Source: an uncultured Caldilineaceae bacterium
GTDB lineage: Bacteria; Chloroflexota; Anaerolineae; 4572-78; J111
Direction of reading: 5' to 3'
Assembly (NCBI GenBank): GCA_964407935.1
Contig: CAYOXS010000001.1
Location: 15,324 to 68,874, forward strand
DNA: 53,551 nucleotides
Part shown: one piece after another, positions 19,694 through 29,089 of the stretch
Layout: each line of letters begins with the position of its first letter
Position numbering within the stretch: position 1 is the stretch's first letter
Notes under the pieces: model-generated
Database searches by the model: none
What the model saw: only the letters and a program-made list of their open reading frames with translations
What the model was told of the DNA's origin: nothing
Position numbers and translations under genes: made by a program

Positions 19694-20836
19694 CTACAGA
19701 CTATTTGGCACATCCACCCAACCTTGTCCCATTCGTATCGCCTCTATCACCTCTTGATAAATCCAGCCATCTTTAAAGGTTTGATATTCCGTCTTCCCCT
19801 GTCCGTGAATATCGGCCACAAATTCACGGGCCAGCTGAGTCCAGTTGCGTTGGGTATCGTCTTCGATGTTGGGCAGGGTCGCGGTGATGTGAGCGGGCAC
19901 AGGGATTTCCTGCCATTCACCGCCACGAGGACAGAGGTAAAGCGGCCCCTGCGCATAATGGCCTTTGATGTAGATGGCGGCCTCATCGCCATAAAAAGCA
20001 AGGTGGTCATCGGCAAAGCGGGGCTGTAAGCCGCTGTGTTTGAACAGGGCAGACACAGGCCGGCTTTGATGGAGAGCAGAGGTAATCCTGGCCATCACGG
20101 TGTAGGACCATTCCGCATCGGCATCTGCCCACTGCAACCCTGGCTCATCTGCCGATTTGGGAGCGAGTTTCTGTCGCTCCAGAAAATGGTGAACCCCGGC
20201 AACGAGCGGCGCCTGGGGCATATCGTTGCGGGTTTCGCCGTTGACTGTCGTAATTGTGCCGTTCAAAACATGCAGCACAATGGACAGTTTGTGGGTGAAG
20301 TTGTTGTTCAGCCGCCCGCCGCCCTGATCGAGCCGGTGCGACCAGCCAAAGGGGATCAGCGGGTCGAGGTTGAAGTGGGAGATACATTCCACTTCCTGGG
20401 CTTCGCCGATAGTCCCCTTGGCCACTAATTCCCTGGCCAGCAACGCATAGGGTTGGTAGCGATAGGAAGCGACGTAAACAGTTTTCACGTCCCTATTTTG
20501 GGCTTCTTGAAACATGGCTTTTGCCTGGGCTGCGGTTGCGGCCAAAGGTTTGTCGCAGTAAATGTGACACCCTTGAGCCAGTGCGGCCATCACCGGTTCA
20601 AAGTGAACCCCACCCGGCGTGCCCACAGCCACAATATCCGGCTGTAGTTCGGCCAGAGTTTGCTGCCAGTCGGTTGAGGCGTGGGGGATGTTCAGGGCGG
20701 CGGTCACCTGCTCAACCACGTCGCGGGTGCGGCCCGCCATCCCGACAACTTCCGCGCCGGCATCACGCAGGGCCAGGGCGTGTCCCTGCCCGGCATAGCC
20801 GGATCCCAAAATAAGCGCGCGTAATGGCTCAGACAT
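19694..20836 (-). CDS. Gfo/Idh/MocA-family NAD(P)-dependent oxidoreductase
   Basis: N-terminal Rossmann motif LILGSGYAGQGHALAL, with a family-typical length of 380 aa. It abuts the eda stop. Confidence 0.85.
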   Translation of the reverse strand: MSEPLRALILGSGYAGQGHALALRDAGAEVVGMAGRTRDVVEQVTAALNIPHASTDWQQTLAELQPDIVAVGTPGGVHFEPVMAALAQGCHIYCDKPLAATAAQAKAMFQEAQNRDVKTVYVASYRYQPYALLARELVAKGTIGEAQEVECISHFNLDPLIPFGWSHRLDQGGGRLNNNFTHKLSIVLHVLNGTITTVNGETRNDMPQAPLVAGVHHFLERQKLAPKSADEPGLQWADADAEWSYTVMARITSALHQSRPVSALFKHSGLQPRFADDHLAFYGDEAAIYIKGHYAQGPLYLCPRGGEWQEIPVPAHITATLPNIEDDTQRNWTQLAREFVADIHGQGKTEYQTFKDGWIYQEVIEAIRMGQGWVDVPNSL

Positions 20837-21511
20837 TTAACCTCCCCTGGCCTGTTTGATCCAGGCCAGCACGCGGGCGGCGTTTTCCGCAATCGCGTCG
20901 AAATCACCCGCCGCCAGCCGGTCTTTGCCAATCAGCTTGGACCCCATGCCTACGCAGGCGACCCCGGCTTTGAACCAGACGCCGATGCTCTCCTCGGTGG
21001 CGTCCACCCCGCCGGTAGGCATGATGCGCGTCCAGGGACAAGGCCCCAGCACCGCCTTTACAAAGCCCGGCCCGCCAACCGAACTGCCGGGGAAAACCTT
21101 CACAATCTCCACTCCCAACTCTTCGGCTGCCGAAATTTCGGAGACGCTGCCGCAGCCGGGCATATAGGCAATTTTGCGCCGGTTGCACAGCCGGGCTACT
21201 TCCGGGTTGAGCACGGGGCCAACCACAAAATTTGCGCCGGCAGCAATGTACATGGCCGCGGTGGGCGCATCAACCACGGAGCCAACGCCCAGAATAACCT
21301 TGGGATCAGCCTCGGCAAAGTGTTGCGAGAGTTCAGCGAAGACCTGGAACGCAAAATCGCCCCGATTGGTGAACTCAATCACCCTTGCGCCGCCGGCGGC
21401 GCAGGCCGCGACAACTTTTTTGCTAATCTCGACATCCTGGTTGTAAAAAACCGGCACTAAGCCAAGCTCAATTGTTGTATTGAGCACTTCAAGTCTGCTA
21501 AATCGAGCCAT
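20837..21511 (-). CDS. eda: 2-dehydro-3-deoxyphosphogluconate (KDPG) / 4-hydroxy-2-oxoglutarate aldolase
   Basis: 224 aa with LVPVFYNQD...GARVIEFTNRG...GVGSVVD...VKVFPG (Schiff-base Lys context)...MPTGGV, typical of Eda-family aldolases. Confidence 0.85.
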   Translation of the reverse strand: MARFSRLEVLNTTIELGLVPVFYNQDVEISKKVVAACAAGGARVIEFTNRGDFAFQVFAELSQHFAEADPKVILGVGSVVDAPTAAMYIAAGANFVVGPVLNPEVARLCNRRKIAYMPGCGSVSEISAAEELGVEIVKVFPGSSVGGPGFVKAVLGPCPWTRIMPTGGVDATEESIGVWFKAGVACVGMGSKLIGKDRLAAGDFDAIAENAARVLAWIKQARGG

Positions 21512-21527
21512 CGTATCCCTTCCTTTT

Positions 21528-22565
21528 CTAGCGCGATACCCGCCCGGAGGCGTCGCCCTGCATCAATTTTTTAACGTCGGCCACCGTCACCAGGTTGAAA
21601 TCACCGAAAATGGTGTGCTTTAAGCAGGAGGCGGCTACGGCAAAATCAAGGGCCTGCTGCGGGGCAGCGGGGTAGGTGCGCAGGCCGTAAATCAGGCCGC
21701 CCATAAACGAGTCGCCGCCGCCAACGCGGTCAACAATGTGGGTGATATCGAATTGGGGGCCGGTGTAAAATTGGCCGCCCTGCCACAGCACCGCCGACCA
21801 GGTGTTGTGACTGGCCGAAATTGATCCCCGCAGGGTGATGGCAATCGTCTTCAACGATGGGATTTGGCGGGCCAATTCGGCGCAGACATGGCGGTACTGA
21901 TCGGCTTCTACCTTGCCGGCGGTCACATCAGCTTCGGGTGCTTTGATGCCCAACACTTTTTCCGCATCTTCCTCATTGCCTATGGCCACATCGCAATAAC
22001 TGACCAGTTCAGGCATGACTTCGCCGGCGGTTTTGCCCCACTTCCACAAGTTCTTGCGATAGTTCAAATCACACGATACGGTTAAGCCCATTTCGCGGGC
22101 CGTTTGCACCGCTTCCAGGCACGCATCTGCCGCGCCCGCCGAAATAGCCGGGGTGATGCCCGTCCAGTGGAACCAATCGGCATCGGCAAAAGCCGCCTGC
22201 CAGTCAATCATGCCCCGTTCGATGGTAGCCAGGGCGGAATTGGCCCGGTCGTAAACCACTTTACTGCCGCGCTGAACCGCGCCCATTTCCAGAAAATAGA
22301 GACCCAGCCGGTCGCCGCCGCGCACAATTTTATCCACGCCGACGCCGTACTGCCGCAGAAATTGCAGGCAAGCCTCGCCCAAATCGTTATCGGGCAGGCG
22401 GGTGACAAGGTCGGTAGGAATGCCGTAATTAGCCAGCGACACCGCCACGTTGGACTCGCCGCCGCCGTAAATGACATCAAATGAGCGAGCCTGGCCAAAG
22501 CGCAAGAATCCCGGCGGCGAGAGGCGCATCATAATTTCACCAAAGGTTACAACTTTTTTAGACAT
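21528..22565 (-). CDS. kdgK: 2-dehydro-3-deoxygluconokinase (PfkB family)
   Basis: VVTFGEIMMRLSPPG...YGGGESNVAVSLANYG...VGGGDSFMGGLIYGL. AGGAG lies before the ATG. Confidence 0.85.
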   Translation of the reverse strand: MSKKVVTFGEIMMRLSPPGFLRFGQARSFDVIYGGGESNVAVSLANYGIPTDLVTRLPDNDLGEACLQFLRQYGVGVDKIVRGGDRLGLYFLEMGAVQRGSKVVYDRANSALATIERGMIDWQAAFADADWFHWTGITPAISAGAADACLEAVQTAREMGLTVSCDLNYRKNLWKWGKTAGEVMPELVSYCDVAIGNEEDAEKVLGIKAPEADVTAGKVEADQYRHVCAELARQIPSLKTIAITLRGSISASHNTWSAVLWQGGQFYTGPQFDITHIVDRVGGGDSFMGGLIYGLRTYPAAPQQALDFAVAASCLKHTIFGDFNLVTVADVKKLMQGDASGRVSR

Positions 22566-22585
22566 TTTTTATCTCCTGAGAACGA

Positions 22586-23560
22586 TTATGATAAATCAAC
22601 CAAATTCAAAGACCGGCGCAACGGGGCATAGCTTCCGCCCGATTCCTCTTTTACCGCCGTGTCGAACAGCCCGGTCAGTTCCGTGTACTCATCGGGAGAG
22701 AGGGTAATGTTGAAGGCGTCAATGGAAGCCTGTAATTGCCGCTGAGAGCTGACCCCCACAATAGGCGCAGTGACGCCCGGCGAATACCGCACCCAGGCCG
22801 CGGCCAATTGGGCCGGGTGCAGGTTGCGCTCGGCGGCAAACTTGTAAAATTGCGAGATGGACTCGCCGTATTTGTCCAACCAGCCGGCCACCCGATCATC
22901 GGTTTGCCCGCGCGAGTCTTCCGGGATAGGCTGGCCGGGGGTGTATTTGCCGGTTAACATACCCATTGCCAAAGAACGATAGGTGGTAATAGCCACCCGA
23001 TCCGCCACGGCCTGGGGAATGACTTCAACTTCGATGCCCCGCTCAAGCAAATTGTAGGGCACCTGATTACAGACCAGTTTGGCCCAGCCGTTGCGCCCGG
23101 CGATGGCGTTGCAGTGGGCCACCAGCCAGGCCGGAAAGTTGCAGCAGCCCACAAAGCGAGTTTTGCCCTGCTGCACCACAGTGTTGAGGGCTTCCATCAT
23201 TTCAACGGTGCGCATATTTTCGCGGGGCCAGTGGATCATGTACAGGTCCACGTAATCAAGCCGCATCCGGGTTAAACTTTCATCAATGCTCTGCAACACC
23301 CAATCAGCGTCGGTGGTTTTGGTCACTTTGGTGCCGATGAACAGGCCATCGCGTTTGCCCTTGAGGATATTGCCCAGAATTTCTTCTGTGCCACCCTGGC
23401 AGTAGGAGGCGGCGGTGTCAACAAAAGTGACGCCCTGCTCAATTGCCGCCGACAGAATCCGGTCAGATTCTGCCTGGTCGCAACGGTCGCCAAACATCAT
23501 GGTGCCCAGGCACATTTCAGACAGTTTTTCGCCGGTTGTTCCAAATTCAATGGTGTTCAT
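22586..23560 (-). CDS. Aldo/keto reductase
   Basis: LGTMMFG...GVTFVDTAASY..GGTEEILG...IGTKV...VDLYMIHWP are AKR signatures. Confidence 0.9.
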   Translation of the reverse strand: MNTIEFGTTGEKLSEMCLGTMMFGDRCDQAESDRILSAAIEQGVTFVDTAASYCQGGTEEILGNILKGKRDGLFIGTKVTKTTDADWVLQSIDESLTRMRLDYVDLYMIHWPRENMRTVEMMEALNTVVQQGKTRFVGCCNFPAWLVAHCNAIAGRNGWAKLVCNQVPYNLLERGIEVEVIPQAVADRVAITTYRSLAMGMLTGKYTPGQPIPEDSRGQTDDRVAGWLDKYGESISQFYKFAAERNLHPAQLAAAWVRYSPGVTAPIVGVSSQRQLQASIDAFNITLSPDEYTELTGLFDTAVKEESGGSYAPLRRSLNLVDLS

Positions 23561-23648
23561 TTTTTCTCCTGTAAAGATTAAGGGATTAGGAATTAGGAGT
23601 TAGGGAAATGCTAATTCCTGACCCCTGATTCCTTTTTTATTCTATGTT

Positions 23649-24848
23649 TTATGGTTTGGCGGGCGTGCCATCGGGCAGGCGAGCCTGAGTCCACTGGATG
23701 ACTTCATCCTGGCAGGGGTATTTGGCCGCCAGCTTTTCATTAATGTCGATGCCCAACCCCGGCTTGTCGTTGGGGTACAGGTAGCCATTCCTGATTTCCG
23801 GCATACCGGGGAACATGTCGTAGTCCAGGTCAGAAACGCGGAACATCTCCTGCACGCCAAAGTTGGGCGCCCACACATCCAGGTGCAGGTTGGCGGCGTG
23901 GCCCACCGGCGAGGTATCGCTGGGGCCGTGCCAGGCGGTGCGGATGCCGTACATATCGGCAAAGGCCGCCACTTTACGGGCCGGGGTAATGCCGCCCATC
24001 TGGCTAACGTGCATCCTGATAAAATCTATCAGCCGGTTGGCAATCAGCGGCTGCCACTCGTGCGGGCTGTTAAACAGTTCACCGATGGCGATGGGGGTGG
24101 CGGTTTGCTGGCGAAGGGTGTTAAACCAGGCAATCTGCTCCGGCGGGAGCACATCTTCCAGAAAGAATAGCTTGAATGGCTCTAAATCTTTGGCAAATTG
24201 CACGGCGTTTATGGGCGACAGGCGCTCGTGCGCGTCGTGCAGCAGTTCAATTTCATCGCCAAATTCGGCCCGGATGCGCTCCAGCAAACGCAACGTATCG
24301 CGCATGTAGGCTTTGGGGTCGTAGTATGCGCCATCGGGCGCGCCCTCCGGTTTGGCAAAGGCATTGGATACGCCGCCGTAGATGCCCAACTGAACACGCA
24401 GATAGCGGTAGCCCTGTTCCATGCGGGTGTGCATGTTGTCGATGACTCCTTCAACGGTGGGTGCGTCGGCATGAACGTAAACGTGGGCGGCCTCGCGGAC
24501 CTTGCCGCCTAACAGTTGATACACCGGCATGCCAGCCATTTTGCCTTTGATGTCCCACAGAGCCTGATCGATGCCGGAAACGGCGTTGTTTAGCACCGGG
24601 CCGTTGCGCCAGTAGCCGTTGACCATAGCCAGTTGCCACATCTCTTCAATGCGCGATACATCCCGGCCGATGACAAAGGGTTTGAGGTGTTTCTCGATGG
24701 CGGCGTGAACGGCGTGAAACCGCTGCTTAAAGGTGGCGCAGCCCAGGCCGTACAACCCCGGCTCAGACGTGATGACCTTAACAATGACCAACTGCGAGAA
24801 ACCCGGCTGGGTGAGAATGGTTTTGACATCTTTGATGGTAACGGGCAT
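23649..24848 (-). CDS. Enolase-superfamily sugar-acid dehydratase, ManD (D-mannonate/D-gluconate dehydratase) subgroup
   Basis: MPVTIKDVKTILTQPG...LVIVKVITSEPGLYGLGCATF...GIDQALWDIKGK. The length (399 aa) and N-terminal capping-domain pattern are typical of ManD-like enzymes. Confidence 0.8.
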   Translation of the reverse strand: MPVTIKDVKTILTQPGFSQLVIVKVITSEPGLYGLGCATFKQRFHAVHAAIEKHLKPFVIGRDVSRIEEMWQLAMVNGYWRNGPVLNNAVSGIDQALWDIKGKMAGMPVYQLLGGKVREAAHVYVHADAPTVEGVIDNMHTRMEQGYRYLRVQLGIYGGVSNAFAKPEGAPDGAYYDPKAYMRDTLRLLERIRAEFGDEIELLHDAHERLSPINAVQFAKDLEPFKLFFLEDVLPPEQIAWFNTLRQQTATPIAIGELFNSPHEWQPLIANRLIDFIRMHVSQMGGITPARKVAAFADMYGIRTAWHGPSDTSPVGHAANLHLDVWAPNFGVQEMFRVSDLDYDMFPGMPEIRNGYLYPNDKPGLGIDINEKLAAKYPCQDEVIQWTQARLPDGTPAKP

Positions 24849-24862
24849 GAAAACCTCTGTCT

Positions 24863-26011
24863 TTATCCAACTTGCAGCATTTGCCGGGGAAACAACGCGG
24901 CTTCCAGATCCGGGCGCAGCAGGCGCACCAGCGTTTCAACAAAGTAATAGTCGCCGTAAATCAGGGGGTGATCCATCCAGTTATGGGGCACAGAGCGGGC
25001 TGCTTTGAGCAAGATAGCGGGAATGCCTGTTCCCCTGGTTGAGTAATTCTGCCATAAAGAGAGGGTGATGGCTTCCGCTTCGGCGCGCCAGTGGGTGGCT
25101 AATGTCGAATCCGTTTCAGCGGCGGCCAGCTCAAGCAGGCCGGCGGCAATGACCGCTGCCGCCGACGAATCGCGGTAGGTGTTGGGAATATCCAAACTGT
25201 TGTAATCCCAAAACGGTACTTTGTCCTCCGGCGCATTGGCGATGGCGTAACGGGAAACCTGACGCGCCGTTTGGAGGAAGACCTCTTCGCCCGTCCAGCG
25301 GTAGGCTTCGGCAAAACCGTACAACGCCCAGCCTAACCCGCGAGCCCAGCAGGTGTTGTGGCTCAAGCCCTGATGGGTTTCCTGCCGCAAAAAGACGCCG
25401 GTATCGGGGTTAAAATCGGCAACCTGAGAAATGGAGCCATCGGGGCGCATTAGCACGTGGCGGCTGGTGCGGGCGTGGCGCGCGGCGATACGCCCGTATC
25501 GCAGATTTTTGGTGTGCGCACTGGCCCAGAAAAAGAAGGGCATATTCATCATCAGGTCCACATTGATGCGCCCGCGCTCGTGGGGCGGCCCATCGATATG
25601 GCCCCAGGCTTGCATATACTCGCCGCGCGGGTTGTAGCGTTGGGTAAATGTTTGGGCGGCGGCCAAAGCATCCGGCAATAAAGATTCATCGCCCGTAATC
25701 CGGTAGCCCAGCACGTTGGACAGGTAGAAGATAAAGCCGAGGTCGTGGGTGTCGGTGGTGTGCTTTAGCCAGGCCAGCTTTTGCGTCCAGGCGCGGGCGG
25801 CTGTTTCAAAGGCGGGGTCCTGGGTGTGGACAGCGGCCAGCCACAGCAGCCCTGTCCAGAAACCATCCACCCAATGGCTGGGGATACGCTTTTCTTCGGC
25901 TGTTACCCACATACCATTTTCGTAGCGTTCCGGAAAGTAGGTTAAGGTTTTAATGTTTTGGGCGGTGATTTGCAAGCTGTAATTGAGTGCTTCTTCCAGT
26001 TGATTTATCAT
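24863..26011 (-). CDS. Glycoside hydrolase family 88-like unsaturated glucuronyl hydrolase, cytoplasmic
   Basis: WVDGFWTGLLWLA and THDLGFIFY are GH88/GH105-type motifs. No signal peptide is visible. The start overlaps the upstream stop as ATGA. Confidence 0.75.
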   Translation of the reverse strand: MINQLEEALNYSLQITAQNIKTLTYFPERYENGMWVTAEEKRIPSHWVDGFWTGLLWLAAVHTQDPAFETAARAWTQKLAWLKHTTDTHDLGFIFYLSNVLGYRITGDESLLPDALAAAQTFTQRYNPRGEYMQAWGHIDGPPHERGRINVDLMMNMPFFFWASAHTKNLRYGRIAARHARTSRHVLMRPDGSISQVADFNPDTGVFLRQETHQGLSHNTCWARGLGWALYGFAEAYRWTGEEVFLQTARQVSRYAIANAPEDKVPFWDYNSLDIPNTYRDSSAAAVIAAGLLELAAAETDSTLATHWRAEAEAITLSLWQNYSTRGTGIPAILLKAARSVPHNWMDHPLIYGDYYFVETLVRLLRPDLEAALFPRQMLQVG

Positions 26012-26514
26012 TTTTGTCCCTTTATTGCTTTTTTTGTCTTTTCTGAGATCAACGCCAGAAGTACAAAAACAACTACATAGAACGCTCCAAACAGGATTGG
26101 CTCTCCCGGTAGCGGCACAGAATGAGCAGGCAAGGCAAACAGGGATATCAGGGCGCTATTTAGTGCTATGTAAATCAAGGCAACCATAAGCATAATGAGA
26201 ATATTCTTTAGCAGTTCTACTAAATAATCGCTGATCCGTTGCCAAAATGTGTTTTCGTGGGCGGGGCGTTTGGGGGCAATATTAAACATCATCCGCAGGC
26301 CCGGATTGATAATTATGATGTTGAATAACCCCATCACTAATCCCAGCGAAACTACAAAATCGATGATTGACTGTTGCGTGCCTAAATATGTGCCCCAGCC
26401 GATGAAAAAGTAGACAGCGCCGGCGGCCCACCATCGGATAATCAGGGAGATATTTCGGTCGGATAAATATTTTTGAAAACGGTGTTGTTTCATTATCATT
26501 GCCATTTCCATCAA
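26008..26514 (-). CDS. Small integral membrane protein, unknown family (168 aa, about 4 TM)
   Basis: Four hydrophobic segments (for example WWAAGAVYFFIGWGTYLG and ILFGAFYVVVFVLLALI). ATGA overlaps occur at both ends. I recognise no family. Confidence 0.65.
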   Translation of the reverse strand: MMEMAMIMKQHRFQKYLSDRNISLIIRWWAAGAVYFFIGWGTYLGTQQSIIDFVVSLGLVMGLFNIIIINPGLRMMFNIAPKRPAHENTFWQRISDYLVELLKNILIMLMVALIYIALNSALISLFALPAHSVPLPGEPILFGAFYVVVFVLLALISEKTKKAIKGQK

Positions 26515-26918
26515 GTTTTAACTACTCTGTTCCAACTGACCACCGGGATTACCAGTAACCCGGCCAGATAGATGCCGATAGAGATACTCACTAACAACCA
26601 GCTCGTTCTTACATCGGCCATTGTTAATACTTCCTGGGCTGCTACATCTGTTTGCATAATGTTTAAATATACAAACCCGGCACCTATTGCAAACAAACCG
26701 GATAGCGTAAAAAAGATCAAGCCTCTTCGTTTTTCCAATATGTAAGCATTAAATGCTGTGGTTAGCCCAAATATGACGAACATAAATAGATAAACCCCAA
26801 TTTCGTTGGCGAAAAATTTTGTAATTGCCAGAATATGGATTTGGGATGCAGCTAATTGACCCACTGCATTCACCAATAAAATACCAACGGTAATTTTCAA
26901 TACTAATTCTTTCATCAT
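26511..26918 (-). CDS. Small integral membrane protein, unknown family (135 aa, about 4 TM)
   Basis: Hydrophobic segments include ITVGILLVNAVGQLAA, VYLFMFVIFGLTTAF, LIFFTLSGLFAIGAGFVYL and LLVSISIGIYLAGLLVIPVV. The gene is translationally coupled on both sides. Confidence 0.65.
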   Translation of the reverse strand: MMKELVLKITVGILLVNAVGQLAASQIHILAITKFFANEIGVYLFMFVIFGLTTAFNAYILEKRRGLIFFTLSGLFAIGAGFVYLNIMQTDVAAQEVLTMADVRTSWLLVSISIGIYLAGLLVIPVVSWNRVVKT

Positions 26919-28009
26919 TTGCCCCCTTCCAGACGAATGCGCTCCTCAGATTCAGGATCGAAGAAATGCGCACGAGTCATATCTACATAGAATTTAAGGG
27001 TCTTTCCAACGAATTGACTGAGATTTTTTTTCAGATTCGCGGTATATGTAAAATCACCTATCTGTAGATGTACCAGCGAATGATTCCCAAGAAATTCACA
27101 GTCAATAACTTCAGCAGAAATAGCTTCTAAAGCCCCATTTGGTTCTATGCTAAAATGTTCCGCCCTGACACCCAGGATAATGCTGTCATAATTATGGGCG
27201 CCAACTATATCCAATAGGTTTTCCGGAACCCTCAGATTCATGCCAGGAGCGATAAATCGACCTTTTTCAATGTGTCCGCTAATAAGATTCATCGGCGGGC
27301 TGCCGATAAAGCTGCCTACAAACATATTTTTCGGCCAGTGATAGACCTCCGCAGGGGTGCCAATCTGTTGGATACGGCCTGCGTTCATAATGACAATGCG
27401 GCTAGCCATGGTCATGGCTTCCGTTTGGTCGTGGGTAACATAGATGAAGGTGCTGCCTAGCTGCCGATGCAATTTAGTTAATTCCCGGCGCGATTGGGCG
27501 CGTAATTTGGCATCCAGATTGCTTAAGGGTTCGTCCATTAAAATAACGTTTGCTGAACTTACAATAGAGCGGCCAAGGGCAACACGCTGGCGTTGCCCCC
27601 CCGATAAATTTTTAGGATAGCGGTTCAACTGGCTTTTCAACTGCACCACATCGGCCGCCTTCATCACTTTTTGGTGAGTTTCATCTACGTCTTTATGCCG
27701 TATGGTCTGGCTAAACCCCATGTTTTGGTACACCGACATATGTCCGTAAAGCGCATAATCTTGAAAAACCATCGAGATATCCCGATCTGCCGGGGCAACA
27801 TCATTAATGCGTTTACCGGACAAAATCATGTCTCCGCCGGATATTTTTTCAAGGCCGGCGATCATGCGCAAGACTGTGCTTTTTCCACAACCGGAAGGGC
27901 CAACGAATACGATAAATTCCCCGTGCTCAACCTCGATACTGAAATCAAAGACGGCCTGAACCCCGCCGGGATATATTTTGTCTACATTCTTCAAGATTAA
28001 TTCTGACAT
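26915..28009 (-). CDS. MalK/MsmX/UgpC-type sugar ABC transporter ATP-binding protein
   Basis: Walker A is GPSGCGKST, the signature is LSGGQRQRVALGR and Walker B is ILMDEPLSNLD. A C-terminal regulatory/TOBE-like domain follows. I prefer the ATG at 28009 (MSELILKNVDKIY). Confidence 0.9.
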   Translation of the reverse strand: MSELILKNVDKIYPGGVQAVFDFSIEVEHGEFIVFVGPSGCGKSTVLRMIAGLEKISGGDMILSGKRINDVAPADRDISMVFQDYALYGHMSVYQNMGFSQTIRHKDVDETHQKVMKAADVVQLKSQLNRYPKNLSGGQRQRVALGRSIVSSANVILMDEPLSNLDAKLRAQSRRELTKLHRQLGSTFIYVTHDQTEAMTMASRIVIMNAGRIQQIGTPAEVYHWPKNMFVGSFIGSPPMNLISGHIEKGRFIAPGMNLRVPENLLDIVGAHNYDSIILGVRAEHFSIEPNGALEAISAEVIDCEFLGNHSLVHLQIGDFTYTANLKKNLSQFVGKTLKFYVDMTRAHFFDPESEERIRLEGGK

Positions 28010-28019
28010 AGGAATATCC

Positions 28020-28448
28020 TTACCTTTGCAACAGGGATAAATCGATATTGTTTTCAACAATGAATTTCTGCCGCTCCCGGGAGCGCTTGATGCAAATTAT
28101 TGAACCGGCCAGGACCGATATACCGGTGGCCAGCAACAACGCCGCCAGGAAGACTCTCATCGACCCTGTTATCTCTGCCGGCATCCACAGGAAACGGGCA
28201 AACTGAAATGCAGCCAGGGCGATCCCGACATAGCCCCAATCCGCGGCATACAATTTCTGTCGCACAGCCATTAAAAAAGCCACCAGTGACAGCACAATAT
28301 TTACCATAATGAAGATACCTAACTGAGCATCAACATCCATACTGTTTACATAAAGAATGGTAAAGAGGGCATTCCCGCCAATGTAAAGCAAAGTCAACTG
28401 TTGGCTGATGGAATTCTCCAGAAACAATCGTTTTTCAGAGGTTTTCAT
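28020..28448 (-). CDS. Small integral membrane protein, unknown family (142 aa, about 4 TM)
   Basis: Hydrophobic segments include LTLLYIGGNALFTILYV, IFIMVNIVLSLVAFLMAV, YVGIALAAFQFARFLW and VFLAALLLATGISVLAGSII. It shares an ATGA overlap with the upstream gene. Confidence 0.65.
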   Translation of the reverse strand: MKTSEKRLFLENSISQQLTLLYIGGNALFTILYVNSMDVDAQLGIFIMVNIVLSLVAFLMAVRQKLYAADWGYVGIALAAFQFARFLWMPAEITGSMRVFLAALLLATGISVLAGSIICIKRSRERQKFIVENNIDLSLLQR

Positions 28449-28969
28449 ATCAATTTCCTCACAAGCGGGTTTCCATCTTTTAGTCTTTGACTAAAGGTTA
28501 GAATTGCAACCACGGTGAAGCCGGCCAGCAGCACTATCAAAATAGAGTGCAACACCAGGCCGGCATCAAACGCAAATGTGGAAGGCGCGTAATCTGCCAT
28601 TGGGGAGAAATCCAGCGCAAGATAGCTTTGCTTATATTTTGGAATTATTCTGAGTACCGTAATGGAATTCAGGGAAATATAGACAGTTGTACCAAGCACA
28701 AAGAGCAACCCAAATAAGCCTGGCCTGTATTTGTGCAACTCGAACATGAGCAGTACCAGGGCCAATACCACAAATATAATGGCGAGATTAAACGCCTCTT
28801 TGTTAAAAACCTGCAATTTCTTGTAATAATCAAACATTTCGGCAGTGCCATCATAAAACAAAACGTAATATTGGGTCATAAAGCCCAGGTAGAGTACAAA
28901 CAGAGCTAAAATGACGGTTTCTACCGCATAAACCAGTATGGATTGAGCTTTCATCAGGTGATTTTTCAC
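28445..28969 (-). CDS. Small integral membrane protein, unknown family (174 aa, about 4 TM)
   Basis: Hydrophobic segments include ILVYAVETVILALFVLYLGF, LAIIFVVLALVLLMF, LFGLLFVLGTTVYISL and LVLHSILIVLLAGFTVVAIL. It is the first gene after the hairpin pair that follows the binding-protein gene. Confidence 0.65.
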   Translation of the reverse strand: MKNHLMKAQSILVYAVETVILALFVLYLGFMTQYYVLFYDGTAEMFDYYKKLQVFNKEAFNLAIIFVVLALVLLMFELHKYRPGLFGLLFVLGTTVYISLNSITVLRIIPKYKQSYLALDFSPMADYAPSTFAFDAGLVLHSILIVLLAGFTVVAILTFSQRLKDGNPLVRKLI

Positions 28970-28999
28970 AATGCGCCTCCGGTGATAGACTTCTGGGTA

Positions 29000-29072
29000 G
29001 TGAGCAGAACTGTTTTCAGCGCATTCTGCTCACGGCGGAAAGGGAGAGGGAGAAAGTGGATTTCTCCCTCTC
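29000..29072 (-). other. Two strong hairpins between the binding-protein gene and the next gene (possible attenuator or mRNA-stabilising structures)
   Basis: Stem 1 pairs 29000-29009 (gtgagcagaa) with 29024-29033 (ttctgctcac). Stem 2 pairs 29044-29055 (gagagggagaaa) with 29061-29072 (tttctccctctc). Neither is followed by a U-run on the minus strand, so they are not canonical intrinsic terminators. Confidence 0.45.
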
Positions 29073-29089
29073 TCTATTCAATAAGCAAA

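Noticed and set aside
29000-29072. The two hairpins after the binding-protein gene as intrinsic terminators
   Set aside because: Neither stem is followed by a U-run on the transcribed strand, and the downstream genes need transcription. They are recorded only as structured RNA of uncertain role.
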